In this document: piece after piece, positions 1 to 11,940 of the stretch
Numbering within the stretch: the first letter of the stretch is position 1
How the letters are laid out: the number at the start of each line of letters is the position of its first letter
NCBI RefSeq assembly: GCF_006345805.1
Contig: NC_043002.1
Location: 2,604,001 to 2,668,000 of the forward strand
Length of the DNA stretch: 64,000 nucleotides
Reading direction: 5' to 3'
Source: Octopus sinensis
Taxonomy: Eukaryota
The notes under the pieces: model-generated
What the model saw: only the letters and a program-made list of their open reading frames with translations
What the model was told of the DNA's origin: nothing
Database searches by the model: none
Position numbers and translations under genes: made by a program

Positions 1-999
1 AGTTGGGGGAGGAATTGGGGTTCAATAATAATGAAACCGAATTTGCAGAGAAATGTAATACTGATAAGTCATTGAAGGAGAAGAAAGAAATTGGCCAGTT
101 CTATAGGGAAATGGTAAACAGGCAAACAGAGGAACCTGCAGCTGTCAAAGACACAAAAACAATAACATCAATTCCAGTACAGACAAATAACCGTTAATGA
201 ACATTTAGATTTACGTGCGGAAATAAATTCTCAAAATATCATGTTTTGCCATTGAACCAATATGCCGAGAACAATGGCACTGATGAAATACGGATGATTA
301 AGAAGAAAGTGTATTTGTTAAGGAAGAGAAAGAGCGCCTGAGCAAAAGTTGCTATGAGACGTCGATCGATGTTAATGTAAGAAGATTTCAAAGAGAAGAT
401 GAGTAAAGATCATTTGGTTCGCTCTATTCATCATTATCAAAACTTGTGGAATCGTTTGGGAACTTTCAAAGACGATTATAGCTATTTAATGCATTTTCCC
501 TTTGATCATCTTTACACGTGTAATAAAAGACGCAAGAACATACACACACATATCCACACATAAACACACACACCCCACATACACACATATATCCACCCAC
601 AAACACGCACACGCTCATATCCAGTTAACGCAACTGAAGCAGTATTTAATTAAAATAGATATTTATGTATCATATCTAAAGTATACACACTATCAATATG
701 TCAATTACATTTGACTTGCAGTGACAACTTTTCTAGACTTGCAACGTCCGGCAACAGCACCAGATGCATTTCGGCCAATTGAAGCCTTTTCAATGGAACC
801 TAGTCGCATGCACAAGCGAGAATTCATCGACCTTGATATGGGGCAAATGGAATAAAACGTTTACTGACGTTTTGGATTGATACCCGGATGATTAAAATTC
901 CAGAATACATAACTGAGGAAGTATTTAATTAAAATAGCCTTTTGTGTATTATACTTAATGTATATACACTGTCATAGACCAGTTACTACAGTAATTGTC

Positions 1000-1279
1000 C
1001 TGAGAACATCTCGAAACACTCCAATGTAATCGAATATTCTTGACGCATTTTCGTGCAGCGAGTGAGGAGCTGTTTCCTTCGCCATCGTCACTGAAAGAGC
1101 TGAAGCAGATTTTACAAGAAGAATGGCTCAATATTCGTCTACCAGCAGTTCAGGACCTTTATAGATCAATTCCTTTAGGTATTAAAGCCGTGGTTGATGC
1201 CAAAAGTAGACCAAATCCATATCAAATACTAAAACTTCCATTTCGCGAGGTATTTCCATTATAAATGTCCAAACCCTGT
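1000..1279 (+). mobile_element. Tc1-family transposon 3' remnant (transposase C-terminus plus right TIR)
   Basis: Translation FPSPSSLKELKQILQEEWLNIRLPAVQDLYRSIPLGIKAVVDAKSRPNPY matches the Tc1 DD34E C-terminal pattern (..LxELxxxLxEEW..IP....L..S.P.RI.AV..AKGGPTPY). It ends in the TIR-like TTTCCATTATAAATGTCCAAACCCTGT. A possible N-terminal scrap (MHKREFIDLDMGQM) lies at ~808-850. Confidence 0.75.
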
Positions 1280-1339
1280 TTATCAAACATTGTGCCATCA
1301 TTTTTTGAGTTCTTTGGGGTGTTTTTGTTTGTTTTTGTG

Positions 1340-1916
1340 TGTATATATATTCATGAAGAAACGTTTTTCATAGCCCCAACAGACAAAATGGAAAAAGACG
1401 TTGCCAAGGAAGATGGCGAGGGAGATGCGCTGGAACAGTCAGTCTTGCTCGCGGGGATCACAATTGCAGACAGCAATTTCTGCCACGATAACGGTGAGCA
1501 AGGATATGGTCCGGGGACCGAGAACGCCGGAGGTTTCAACTGACACAGGTTCGACCGTAAACCGGTTGGAGAGCGACCAATACCTTGGCAGTTTGTTTTT
1601 CTCAGCCTGACGAGAAGCAGAGCCGGGGCTGGTTTCTGACAACACCAAGTTGCCGCTGGAGAAGGTGTCACAGTGGTGTGGCATCTCAGAGGAGGAGCCT
1701 ACCGCCACGGAAAGGGAAATTGTTACACCCTCCGGCCTTTCACTATCCCCTCCGTTTATCCCTGCTGCCTTCGGCTGGGAACAGAGACCTGCGGCGTCTA
1801 GGCCCTGCTTTCCGATCTTGTTAGGGGTGGCATGGCGTAGAAGCCGACCAGCACTATGGGGGCAGGGCAGTGGGTGGAGGCTGAAAGAATCCGCGGCGGC
1901 ATTCACCAAGCTCACA
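1340..1916 (-). mobile_element. CRE-clade non-LTR retrotransposon, 5'-truncated 3' fragment (CCHC relic plus restriction-like endonuclease)
   Basis: Minus ORF 1439-1975 reads HPLPCPHSAGRLLRHATPNKIGKQGLDAAG..GDSERPEGVT..CDTFSSGNL..PGSASRQAEKNKLPRY..VEPVSVETSGVLGP..CDPREQD*. It continues past the stop as LFQRISLAIFLGN. This is the CRE pattern SAGRxxRH / RPDG / FEPxAVETxG / LFQRxSxAxxRGN. Confidence 0.85.
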
Positions 1917-2185
1917 GGTATATGTATATGTAGGTGCGTGTTTATGTACATACATACATACATACATACGTACAATTATATATACATACATACATGCAAT
2001 TATATATACATACATACATACATATAATTATATATACATACATACATTCAATTATATATACATATATACATACATACATACATACATACATACAATCATA
2101 CATACATACATGCAATTATATATACATACATACATTCAATTATACATACATACATACATAAATGCATACATACATATGTATGTAT
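1917..2185. repeat. (CATA)n-derived satellite with higher-order CATACAATTATATATA units
   Basis: Directly visible; it abuts the truncated 5' end of the CRE fragment. Confidence 0.9.
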
Positions 2186-2196
2186 GTTATGTATAA

Positions 2197-2323
2197 AGAT
2201 GATGATGATGACGACGACGACGGCGATGAGAAGACGACGATGATGGCGATGACGATGGTGACGACAGCGACAGCGACGGCGACGGCGACTACGACGACGA
2301 CAAAGATGATGATGAGAATGATG

Positions 2324-2355
<32 letters not shown>

Positions 2356-2360
2356 GACGG

Positions 2361-2430
<70 letters not shown>

Positions 2431-2568
2431 GGTGGTGGTGGTGGTGGTGGTGGTGGTGATGATGATGATGATGATGATGATGGTGGTGATGATGATGATG
2501 ATGATGATGATGACGACGACGATGATGGAGATGATGATGATGACGATGATGATGATGATGATGATGAC

Positions 2569-2618
<50 letters not shown>

Positions 2619-2628
2619 CGGTGATGAT
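2197..2628. repeat. Compound (GAT)n/(GAC)n/(GGT)n trinucleotide microsatellite
   Basis: Directly visible; source of the poly-M/poly-I pseudo-ORFs. Confidence 0.95.
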
Positions 2629-3118
2629 CAATAACTATAACTCTAATAAAGAGTAAATATTATTAATTCATTAAGCTTTACTGCTCCAGATCAGATGTCT
2701 ACGAGGCCTAATATACATTTATTGATTTGGAAGTGATGTCAGCGTCATTTCCCTCAAGTGATACACCATTATTTTTCATCTTTTCTTTTCCTTTTTCTCT
2801 AGATTTCTATCTATTTAATCTTCTACAAAAAGCTGATAAGATAGAGCAAATGATAATTAATTGCAATTATTTTCGGAAATGCAATTAGTAGCATTGGTAA
2901 TATCTTCAATGATTTCGGCTTATTTTTTTGTCTTTTTTATTCCTTTGCTTTTGTTTTCACCGTTTTATGAGTGTCATCAATATTTTTAATGTCTATCTCA
3001 CTTTTATTATTATCGACGTCGTGACATCAAGATTTTTATTGGACTTTTACTTGTTTCTATCGTCACTGCTGACATCAAAAGAAATCGCATCTAAAGTGAA
3101 GTTGGAGTCACACATACA

Positions 3119-3153
<35 letters not shown>

Positions 3154-3155
3154 CA

Positions 3156-3186
<31 letters not shown>

Positions 3187-4182
3187 CACAAAGAAAGTTT
3201 GGGAAACCTTTGTAATGAGAACAAAAGTGAAAAGGAAGTACGTTTCGGAGGACGGGGAGCGAACCTATTTCAACGGGTCAATCGTTCTGAGTTATCCGTT
3301 AAAGGGTCTACGGTGCTAATAATTGATGCGGAAACTGTAACTGAGGCAGCGCTGATAGTTCCACAACCTTTCTGTCATCGTCTTAGACAATTGTTGTTGG
3401 TGCTGACAGTGGTACTCTGCAAACACGGCAAGGTAGTGAGAATCCCCGTGAAGAGCAGAAAACTTAATAACAATCCGACTCGTTGATAACAGATGTAGCA
3501 GATTTCAATGATGATCCACAGATAAATTCCATGGCTTCTGGACAATTACCTGGGATCACAGATTAATTATTAAAGTCATCATTTGTGGTGATATGAACAA
3601 CTACAAAAGTCTCCTCAGTTTACAGTTATAATGTTCATATTAATAAAAGTTTCGTGAGTTATAGATTGCCACAACGAGAAACTAAACAATCACGTGACCA
3701 CATACTGTTAATACTTTCTGGCTTGATTCGAACGCGAATATGCAGATCACTGTTGTAGTTCGTCACCTCCTTCTCACCAGTCGATTTATTGATGTCTTCG
3801 ACTTTATTGAGAGTTCTTTCAGTCATAGCTACCGCGATCGACGAAACCAAACAAGAATACAGGATGTGGTTAATAAAAACCAGTAAACAAATTATTTACT
3901 GTTTATCGGGCATCCGCAGGCATCAGTAAATAATTTAAGAGACACACAACAAGGTCAAATCACTGCGATGTTTCCGAAATCCCCTTACATAATGAATCCC
4001 TTGTTTTATAGACACACATCGTTTAAAAGGAGGCGATAGTCTCCCATGACGAAATGCAACAGCGATCAGTGTATTCACTCTCAAATCTGCCGGAGCGTAT
4101 TGAGAATTAACAGATAGGTTATTGCATACAACTTCTACTGTTTAGAATTACTCATCCGAATTCAGTTCAAAATGTTACTTAT

Positions 4183-4512
4183 AGTAGGTGTGGTAAGAAG
4201 TTTGCTCCCAACCTCATGACTGTGAGTTCATTCTCATTACGTGACACCTTGAGCAAGTGTCTTCTGCTATAGCCTCGAGTTGACCAAAACCTCGTGAATG
4301 GAGTTGGTTGACGGAAACTGGAAGAAGCCCATCGTGTGTGTGTGTGTGTTTCCACCCCCGTCGCTTGACAACATGTGTTGCTTAGCGGTTCGACGATAGA
4401 ATAAATACTAAGTTTAAAAAATAACTACCGGCGTCGATTTATTCGACTGAAAATTCTTCAAGGTGGTACCCCAGCATGGCCGCAGTCTGATGACTGAAAG
4501 AAGCAAAAGATA
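4183..4512 (+). mobile_element. tRNA-headed CORE-type SINE (octopus family A)
   Basis: GGTAAGAAGTTTGCT..GAGTTCA head, CORE-like ACCTTGAGCAAGTGTCTTCTGCTATAGCC, GACGGAAACTGGAAGAAGCCC, and tail GCATGGCCGCAGTC..TGACTGAAA. The same motifs recur at 34150, 36765, 46095 and 59213. Confidence 0.8.
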
Positions 4513-4635
4513 AGAAATATAATTGCTATCTTGAGAAAAAAGCAAACTTTTCTAAAAAGAAAACAGCTCCGAAAAAGACCAACTATTCTAAGGATCAACG
4601 AACAGATAACAGCAATAATAATAACAATAGTAATA

Positions 4636-5000
4636 ATAGCGAAATTGGGACAACGCGAATACAAAAGACGCCATAAGAATGTGGCAAGAATGATCCATTG
4701 GGAGCTCTGTGGAAATCACGGCCTACAAAGAGCAATGACGTGGTATGAGCAAACCCCAGAAAGAGTCACCGAGAATGAAGATTGTAAAATCCTGTGTGTG
4801 GGACGCAATAATTCAGTGCGATCACCTGACCAGACATCGGAAGGATACAAGTACCTTGGTGTATTAGGGTTCAATGAGATAATGGAAAAGGAAATGAAAG
4901 AGCAACTGAGGATGGAGTAATTCCGAAGACTGAGGCTGGTTGTTGCGCTCAAAACTGACTGGATGGAATAAAATCCAAGCAGTTAATACGGAGCCGATAG
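4636..5000 (+). mobile_element. Rearranged R4/Dong-like LINE fragments (RLE-proximal piece followed by RT piece)
   Basis: LGQREYKRRHKNVARMIHWELCGNHGLQRAMTWYEQTPERVTENEDCKIL (RHxxV region before the RLE) is joined to EGYKYLGVL..IMEKEMKEQLRME*FRRLRLV..KLTGWNKIQAVNT (end of RT). Confidence 0.8.
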
Positions 5001-5600
5001 CATCACTTCGGTCTGTTACAAAACGTTTGCCTTCTTGTTTTCGGCCAGAATAATTAAGAAAGTATTATATAGATGAAACGAGCGAAGAACATGGTACCGT
5101 AGGCGGCAGGTAGCAATCCTGCTACGCAAGCAAGACTTCAGGAGCGCCAACAAAACCTCTGATAAAGAGAAAATAATAAAGATAATAACAACATCAACAA
5201 CAACAAAATGGAGACAAATAGAAGCAATTTCAATCATACTTCAGTGATCGAATCAGATTGAACGATAGAAAAGCAAATTTTAGAAAAATATTTTGTAATG
5301 CGTGACTGAAATGAAACATCAACGAGGAAGACAGACATAATTGTGCAATTTCGTCTGGGATTAAATTTCAAAGTTGATCGCATCGAGGTTAGGGAGGTTG
5401 GTAGATGTTGGGAAATATATCAGAGTTTGTCCTGCTTTGAAAACGATTCTTCACCGGATGCAACATCGGATTACATTGAGAACTATACGCATGTACGTAT
5501 GTCTGTGTGTTTCCCTGTATATACGTGTGTATATATGTGTATATGTATACATACATTTATGTATACAGTGAGAGAAACATACATGTGCACACACACACAT

Positions 5601-5676
<76 letters not shown>

Positions 5677-5835
5677 TCTTTACGTTTGTTTCTGAGAAAC
5701 GTTTTGAATCTGCATATAAAATTAGGGTGCAGCCTAATGATGCAAACTGGCGATATCAGTTATGGAGGAGTCGCACCGAGCTGTGCCGATATAATCTAGG
5801 ATAAATATAGTAATAATAATAATAATAATATTAAT

Positions 5836-6543
5836 AGAAATTACCAAAAACATGTAATGAAAAGAAATATTACAAGTAACTGCAGAATATGTGGAGATGG
5901 ACAAGAAACAATAAATCATATTATCTCTGGCTGCCCAGTCCTGGCTAAGAAGGAATATATTCACAGACACGACAGAGTTGGGACCTATATACACTGGAAA
6001 CTATGCCAACATTATGGAATAACAACAGAAAAAAGATGGTATAGGCACACACCAGAAAAGGTCACAGAAAACGAGAAAGCAACCAGACTCTGGAATATGC
6101 CGATACACACAGATAGAGAAATTAAAGCCAACAGACCAGATATAGTTGTCAGAGATCATGAAGAAAAAAATGCTTTCTAATTGATGTATCAATACCGGCA
6201 GATGACAACGTGTCTCTAAAAGAAATGGAGAAACTCTCAAAATACAAAGACCTGGAAATAGAGGTAACCAGAATGTGGAATCTGAAAACAGAAACAATTC
6301 CTATCATAGTAGGTGCATTAGGCACGATAAAAAAATATTCAGACAAATACATAACAAAAACACCAGGACTTACAAACACATATAACATACAGAAAATTGC
6401 ACTACTAGGCACTGCACACATCCTACGCAGAACACTTTCCATACAATAACCATCAGAGCATCACAACAAATCACAGCACATACCCAAGGCACACAGAGCT
6501 GCGCTCGGTAGTGAAGTGAAAGCACGCTATAAAAATAAAACTA

Positions 6544-6546
<3 letters not shown>
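5836..6546 (+). mobile_element. R4/Dong-clade non-LTR retrotransposon, 5'-truncated (CCHC knuckle, RLE, 3' UTR)
   Basis: CRICGDGQETINHIISGC knuckle, RHDRV, ANRPDIVV..(frameshift in A7 at 6164-6170)..CFLIDVSIP..EKLSKYKDL..IPIIVGALG..QKIALLGTAHILRRTLSIQ*. A ~97-nt 3' UTR runs into (AAT)n, and a short (AAT)n also flanks the 5' side. Confidence 0.93.
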
Positions 6547-6580
<34 letters not shown>

Positions 6581-6615
6581 TAATAATAATAATAATAATA
6601 ATAATGATAATAATG

Positions 6616-6667
<52 letters not shown>

Positions 6668-6776
6668 TAATAATAATAATAATAATAATAATAATAGTAA
6701 TAATAATAATAATAATGATTATAATAATAATAATAATGATAATAATAATAATGATAATAATAATAATAATAATAAT

Positions 6777-6836
<60 letters not shown>

Positions 6837-6844
6837 TATAATAG

Positions 6845-6897
<53 letters not shown>

Positions 6898-6940
6898 TAA
6901 TAATAATAATAATAATGATAATAATAATAATAATAATAAT
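6547..6940. repeat. (AAT)n microsatellite, ~390 bp
   Basis: Directly visible, immediately 3' of the R4/Dong element. Confidence 0.95.
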
Positions 6941-7157
6941 CCTCGGGTGGAATTTATAACTATTTTAATGCATCACTGCGCGCGTTTCTACAAATCACAT
7001 GTTTCGTAAGATCATAGTCCATATTCCTGGGATGAATACAGTGTAGTCCGTAGTATTCATGGACATCGGATGGATCATCTTCATGCATTCATTTCTTCGG
7101 GTGATACGGTAGCATACGCAACATGTATATACAGATATTATGTATGCATATATATAT

Positions 7158-7218
<61 letters not shown>

Positions 7219-7299
7219 CGCACATACATACATAAAGAAAACTAGTTTTATGGCAGCTAGTTAGCGGAAGCGTCAAAGTCACAGTGAAACGTATGTTTA

Positions 7300-7740
7300 A
7301 ACAGAGGCAGAAATCCTCCAGGACACCCATCAGCCATCCTTCTCAGTAAAGTCTTCAAAGTGTAAACTCATTGACAATTGTGTAACGGAGTCTCAGTATG
7401 AAGGCCTCGGGTCAAAGCACATTTGCTGCTGTCTTTTCTGTCCTTTGGGGTTTGATAAAATCCATCGCTGTCCAGTGTTGGGTTCTACTGCCATTATTGA
7501 TCCCGCTATCTTCTTTTTTTTTCTTTTATTTTATTTATCAAGATTAATTGAGAAGGAAATAGTTGTTGCGCTTGTCTTCAGTTCTGAATGTTGTTGTAGA
7601 GCTCTTCTGGAGTCTTGTAAACCTATCTCAATATGCGAAAGGGAATTTTGGGATGGATTGTCTAGAAATGCGTAAACCTGACCTGGCTGCATCCCACAAG
7701 CCGTTTCATGTATCCTGGTTGCCTTTCAAGCCGAGGAGTT
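7300..7740 (-). mobile_element. Possible highly decayed RLE-LINE reverse transcriptase remnant
   Basis: Minus-strand scraps WDAARSG (cf. WKAPGxD) and QTPKDRKDSSKC (cf. LLPKDxxK) occur amid many stops and frameshifts. Confidence 0.3.
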
Positions 7741-7998
7741 TATTTGGTTGACCTCGATCAAAAACGGTGACAAAAGAATTCTTCATTTCCGTTCACGAAT
7801 ACTTACTAACATGCTTTCACTCTCTACCGATGTCTACGTGGTTTCGGAATGCGTGTGTCTATGTGTGTGTGTGCGTGTGCTGTGCGTGTGTGTGTGTGTG
7901 GTGTGTGTGTGTGTGTGTGTGTATGTGCGTGTGCTGTGCGTGTGTGAAAGTAGATATACCACACACATAAATAGAAAGAAAGAAAGAAAGAAAGATAA

Positions 7999-8037
<39 letters not shown>

Positions 8038-8039
8038 CG

Positions 8040-8138
<99 letters not shown>

Positions 8139-8195
8139 ATAAATAAATAGATAGATAGATAGTGTATATATATCAATATATATATATAGATATAT

Positions 8196-8420
8196 ATTTC
8201 GTGTTTGGATTTGGTTTGCAAGATTCTTTAATATGAGTTCGTGTGTTGAAGAATATTCTGTTGTGTTTGGGGAGTCAAGACTATTGGAAAGGTTGCAAGA
8301 CGCAACGAAAATTTTAGGAAAATAAAAATAAGAAATAAGTGGAAATTTTACCGGTGAGTGTGTTAAATTATAAGGCACAAAAAGAAAATGACTCTCCCCA
8401 GACACAACAGAATATCAATA
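8196..8420. repeat. (TA)n-flanked repeat containing an inverted partial duplication
   Basis: ATATTCTGTTGTGTTTGGGGAGTCA (8253-8278) is the reverse complement, with small differences, of TGACTCTCCCCAGACACAACAGAATAT (8389-8415). Confidence 0.75.
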
Positions 8421-9678
8421 TATATATATATACATAAATACATATAAGAGGGATGACCACTAGGTGGACATCCAATATGCTAAAGGTAGACCCCCATATA
8501 TATATATATAATATATGATATATATACATAAAATAAATGATATATGTGCGTATGCGCGTGTGTTTGCCCGAGTGTGCTCGCGCGCGCGCGCAGAAATGTG
8601 AGCAAATTATTACTAGCACATTTATTAATTCATACGTTCATATACATATGGACAATATATATAATAAGTTCATTATTTATAAGCACACACACACGCACAC
8701 ACACACTCACACACACACATACACATATACGAACTCTTAAACACACCCAAAGCTGAATATTCGTATTTTGTACGAAGTTGTTTTAACTGCTGCAATATAT
8801 CAAACAAGATAAGCGGAGTCGGAGGTTTTGCAGTGGAGAGCTGATTGACTTCCTGTCCAGATAATTCCTATCAGTGAAATATCCGATATGAAAATAACAA
8901 CTATCTCAATACGAAAAATAAACAGAAAAAAATTGCCAAAAATGACTGGAAAATTGATGAGAACAGCTTTGAAACTAGCCAAGCATGTGTGTGAGTGGTT
9001 GTACGCCTATGCATGCTTGAAGATACAGACAAAATAATCTTGCGTGTGTGTGTGTGTGTGTGGTGTGTGTGTTATCTGTTCGCTACATTTTGATGTGTCT
9101 TGTTCCTCAGCCTTCTCCTCTTCTCTATGAGGATATTTCACTTATCGAATTAGTTTTTAAGTTCTCGTATTATAATTCTAATCACAAGCGGGAATATTAA
9201 AAGAACAAAATACTTGAGTGACGTTTTGATTTGATGACTCAGGTGGATTAAAGTACAGAGTTGATCTCGACAAAAACCCATTAAAATTTAGATATGTAAC
9301 CTATGCAATTCCATCATTCTGGCATTCCGACCAAACTATCACCGGCGCACATCGGCAAAGCGTTTCTTCGTCTGTTTCCTGTTCAAATCCTATCGTGACA
9401 CTCTATGCCTGCCATTCACTCAGGACCAATAAAATGTGATGTCGTAATACGAGGTTAGAGATTTGCTGCGTGACTATTATGTTAAACTGTTGTATGTCCA
9501 AATTTGGCCAAATCCTTTTCTTTTTTTTTTTTTCAAAATTTAATTTTACTTATAATAGCCGGGTCTTTTGGTCAAACTATCGTATCTCCAGCTGCTTCAG
9601 ATGCCAAGTTATGAAAATTGTCCAATAGATATTCAACTCTTGAAGTGCCAAGGTTATTAAATATCCAACGAATTTCTA

Positions 9679-10462
9679 TACAAGGTGCGTTCAAAACCAT
9701 ATACCACTTTATTTTTCCCGCCAAAACTAATACCACGGTGGGAAAAATTCTTTAGGTGGGAGGTGACGCTCCCTTTCCTGCGCATGCGTGAAAATTTTGG
9801 CGCCTGCAGGCAGCATCTCAGCGGTTACCCCTAGAGTACAGTCGTATAGTGCGCGCTCGTCGGATAACCGAATGCATCGGGCAGAAGCCGTAAACCCATG
9901 CACCATCATAAGCGATAATGGTTTTCATAGAGTCTGGGTTGTGCTTTGCACGGCCCAGCCTGTCCTGAGCGATTTCTATAGGGAGTTGCTTCTGCACAAA
10001 TCCTCCGTCAAGATAGAATACACTGATTCCGTGCTTATTCCCTCTTCGGGATCAAGTTCCTCGGTTTCTGGATGGCCTGTCTGATCCTGCCTCGCTTTCC
10101 ACTGAGATAAGGCCATTATTTAAAGTGGTTGTACCACTCCTTGATCTGAGTTTTAGCCATGGCATTATCACCAAAGGCTTGCTAAATTTTCTGGATTGCT
10201 AGAGTTTGAGTATCGCCAAACTTTTGGCAAAAATCTGACACAATATCTCTGCTCGACGCATTCGGTGAAATTCGAAAATCCGACGAACGCACACTACACG
10301 CCTCTACTCTAGGCATAATAGCTGGGTAGTGACGCCGCCTACCGACGTGAACATTTTCACACGAGCGCAGGAAAGGTGGCATCACCTTACACTCAAAGAA
10401 TTTACCTGCGCGGCATTCTTCGCGGATAGAAAAAAATAAATACTTTTTGAACGCATTTCGTA
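9679..10462 (-). mobile_element. Internally deleted mariner element with both TIRs and TA flanks
   Basis: Termini TACAAGGTGCGTTCAAAA ... TTTGAACGCATTTCGTA, with imperfect inverted similarity for ~120 bp. The minus strand encodes mariner N-terminal EQRYC..FCQKFGDTQ..IQKI*QAFGDNAMAKTQIKEWYNHFK..SVESEAGSDRPS and a degenerate first catalytic motif (DGAWVYGF, cf. GDESWVYGY). Confidence 0.85.
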
Positions 10463-11764
10463 CAGCTAAATTGTTCCTAATATCTGCGGGAAAGGCATGA
10501 ACGCCATAAAATTATATTTCTTACCCGTCTACATTCAGGAACAAAGTCACCATTGATGTATTTGAAAAAAGACTCATTAATCATTAATTTTCAACTATCT
10601 CATTTATTTTTTTAATAAAAAGTCAAGAGCCTTTTAGCATCCGTCCATTTTGTTCTTGTACAATTAAGGAACGGATCGTTCCAGGAAGTTCTGATTTCAC
10701 CGTTCTCACTTGATGTATGAGCCAATTAAAAAAAAATCCTGCTAACAGAATGAAGTAGTTTTAGAATTAACCCTGAAGATTTTGTCTGTTGCTGTGGCGA
10801 AAGAAATAAAATCTAACGGAAACACTGAAGACAATGGAATATTTATAGTTACTAAGGATAACTTCATCGAAAGAGTATTCGACTGGGAATCGAACCAAAG
10901 ATGCAATATTGACACACTGAGAACAACCGATTCTGCAGACCTCACCGTTTTGGCTACAATGCCTTAAAAATAATTCTTCCGTTCCCAAACCAAAACAAAT
11001 CAATATATGCAAATTACTTTGAGCAAAATCTTTTCTCATTCGACCTCCTCCCACCGCCACTCTGCAACTGCTCTACATTTCTCTCACGATTGTTTTATTT
11101 ACTATTGTTTACTTATTCTTTGCCGCCTCCTCTTCCTCTTCCTTTTTTTTATCAAAATGAATCACTCGTTAGTGGCACACACACTTAAGTCTGTCACACA
11201 TTCAGCTCAGTCGCTTCTACAAATTGATTGCTTGCCAAATATGTATTTGTTTAATCTCGTCGACTCTATAGTTATCTATTAATCTAAATTAGTTTATTTT
11301 ATATATTTATTTTGACTTTTGTTTTATTATTGATAATGTTATTTGAACAGAAGATACGACAGGAAAAACAATACTACGAAAAGCGTATCAGCAGCAGCAG
11401 CAGCGGCGGCGGCGGCGGAGGTGGCGGCGGCGGAGGCGGCGGAGGCGGCGGCGGCGGAGGCGGCGGCGGCGGGAAGATGTTCTGCAACAACATCCAATAT
11501 TTTAGCCTATTTAATGCCGAAACAATAAAAATATCGATTTCAATTTCTGTCGCAAATTCTCAGTTTTCTAAGAAAACCAACGAAAGAATGCGAGACGTTG
11601 ATGCCCTCCCTAGGCCTAGTGTCTTCCCCGTTGTTTACGAATGGCAGCACTGGGAATTCAGCGACTGAATTCATTTAATAATGAACACCTCCAACTCCCT
11701 AACAAATTCTTCTCTCACAATTAATAACGGTTTCAAATTTTCATACAAGGCCAGCAATTTATAG

Positions 11765-11940
11765 GGGAGGGAGTAAGTCGATTAATTCGACCCCAGTATT
11801 AAACTAGTATATATTTTCTCCACTCCCGAAAGGATGAAAGGCAAAGTCGACCTTGGCGGAATTTGAGATCAGAGCACAAAGACAGACAAGATGCCGCATT
11901 TTGCCTGGCGTTCCAACGCATCTGCCATCTCGCCGCCTCG
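11765..11940 (-). mobile_element. tRNA-headed SINE (octopus family B, GCCTTTCATCC..GGGGTCGA core)
   Basis: GGATGAAAGGCAAAGTCGACCTTGGCGGAATTTGA..CTCGCCGCC is the reverse of the intact copy at 63553. Confidence 0.85.

Noticed and set aside
3-197. Short ORF at the window start
   Set aside because: Truncated by the window edge and has no recognisable motif.
10520-10580. Minus-strand YINGDFVPECRR ending at GTAAGA, thyroglobulin-repeat-like
   Set aside because: An in-frame stop lies just upstream and there is no credible acceptor.
11312-11668. Poly-Gly/poly-Ala ORFs resembling transcription-factor low-complexity tracts
   Set aside because: Only a (CAG)n(GCG)n microsatellite; the flanks have no domain similarity or splice support.
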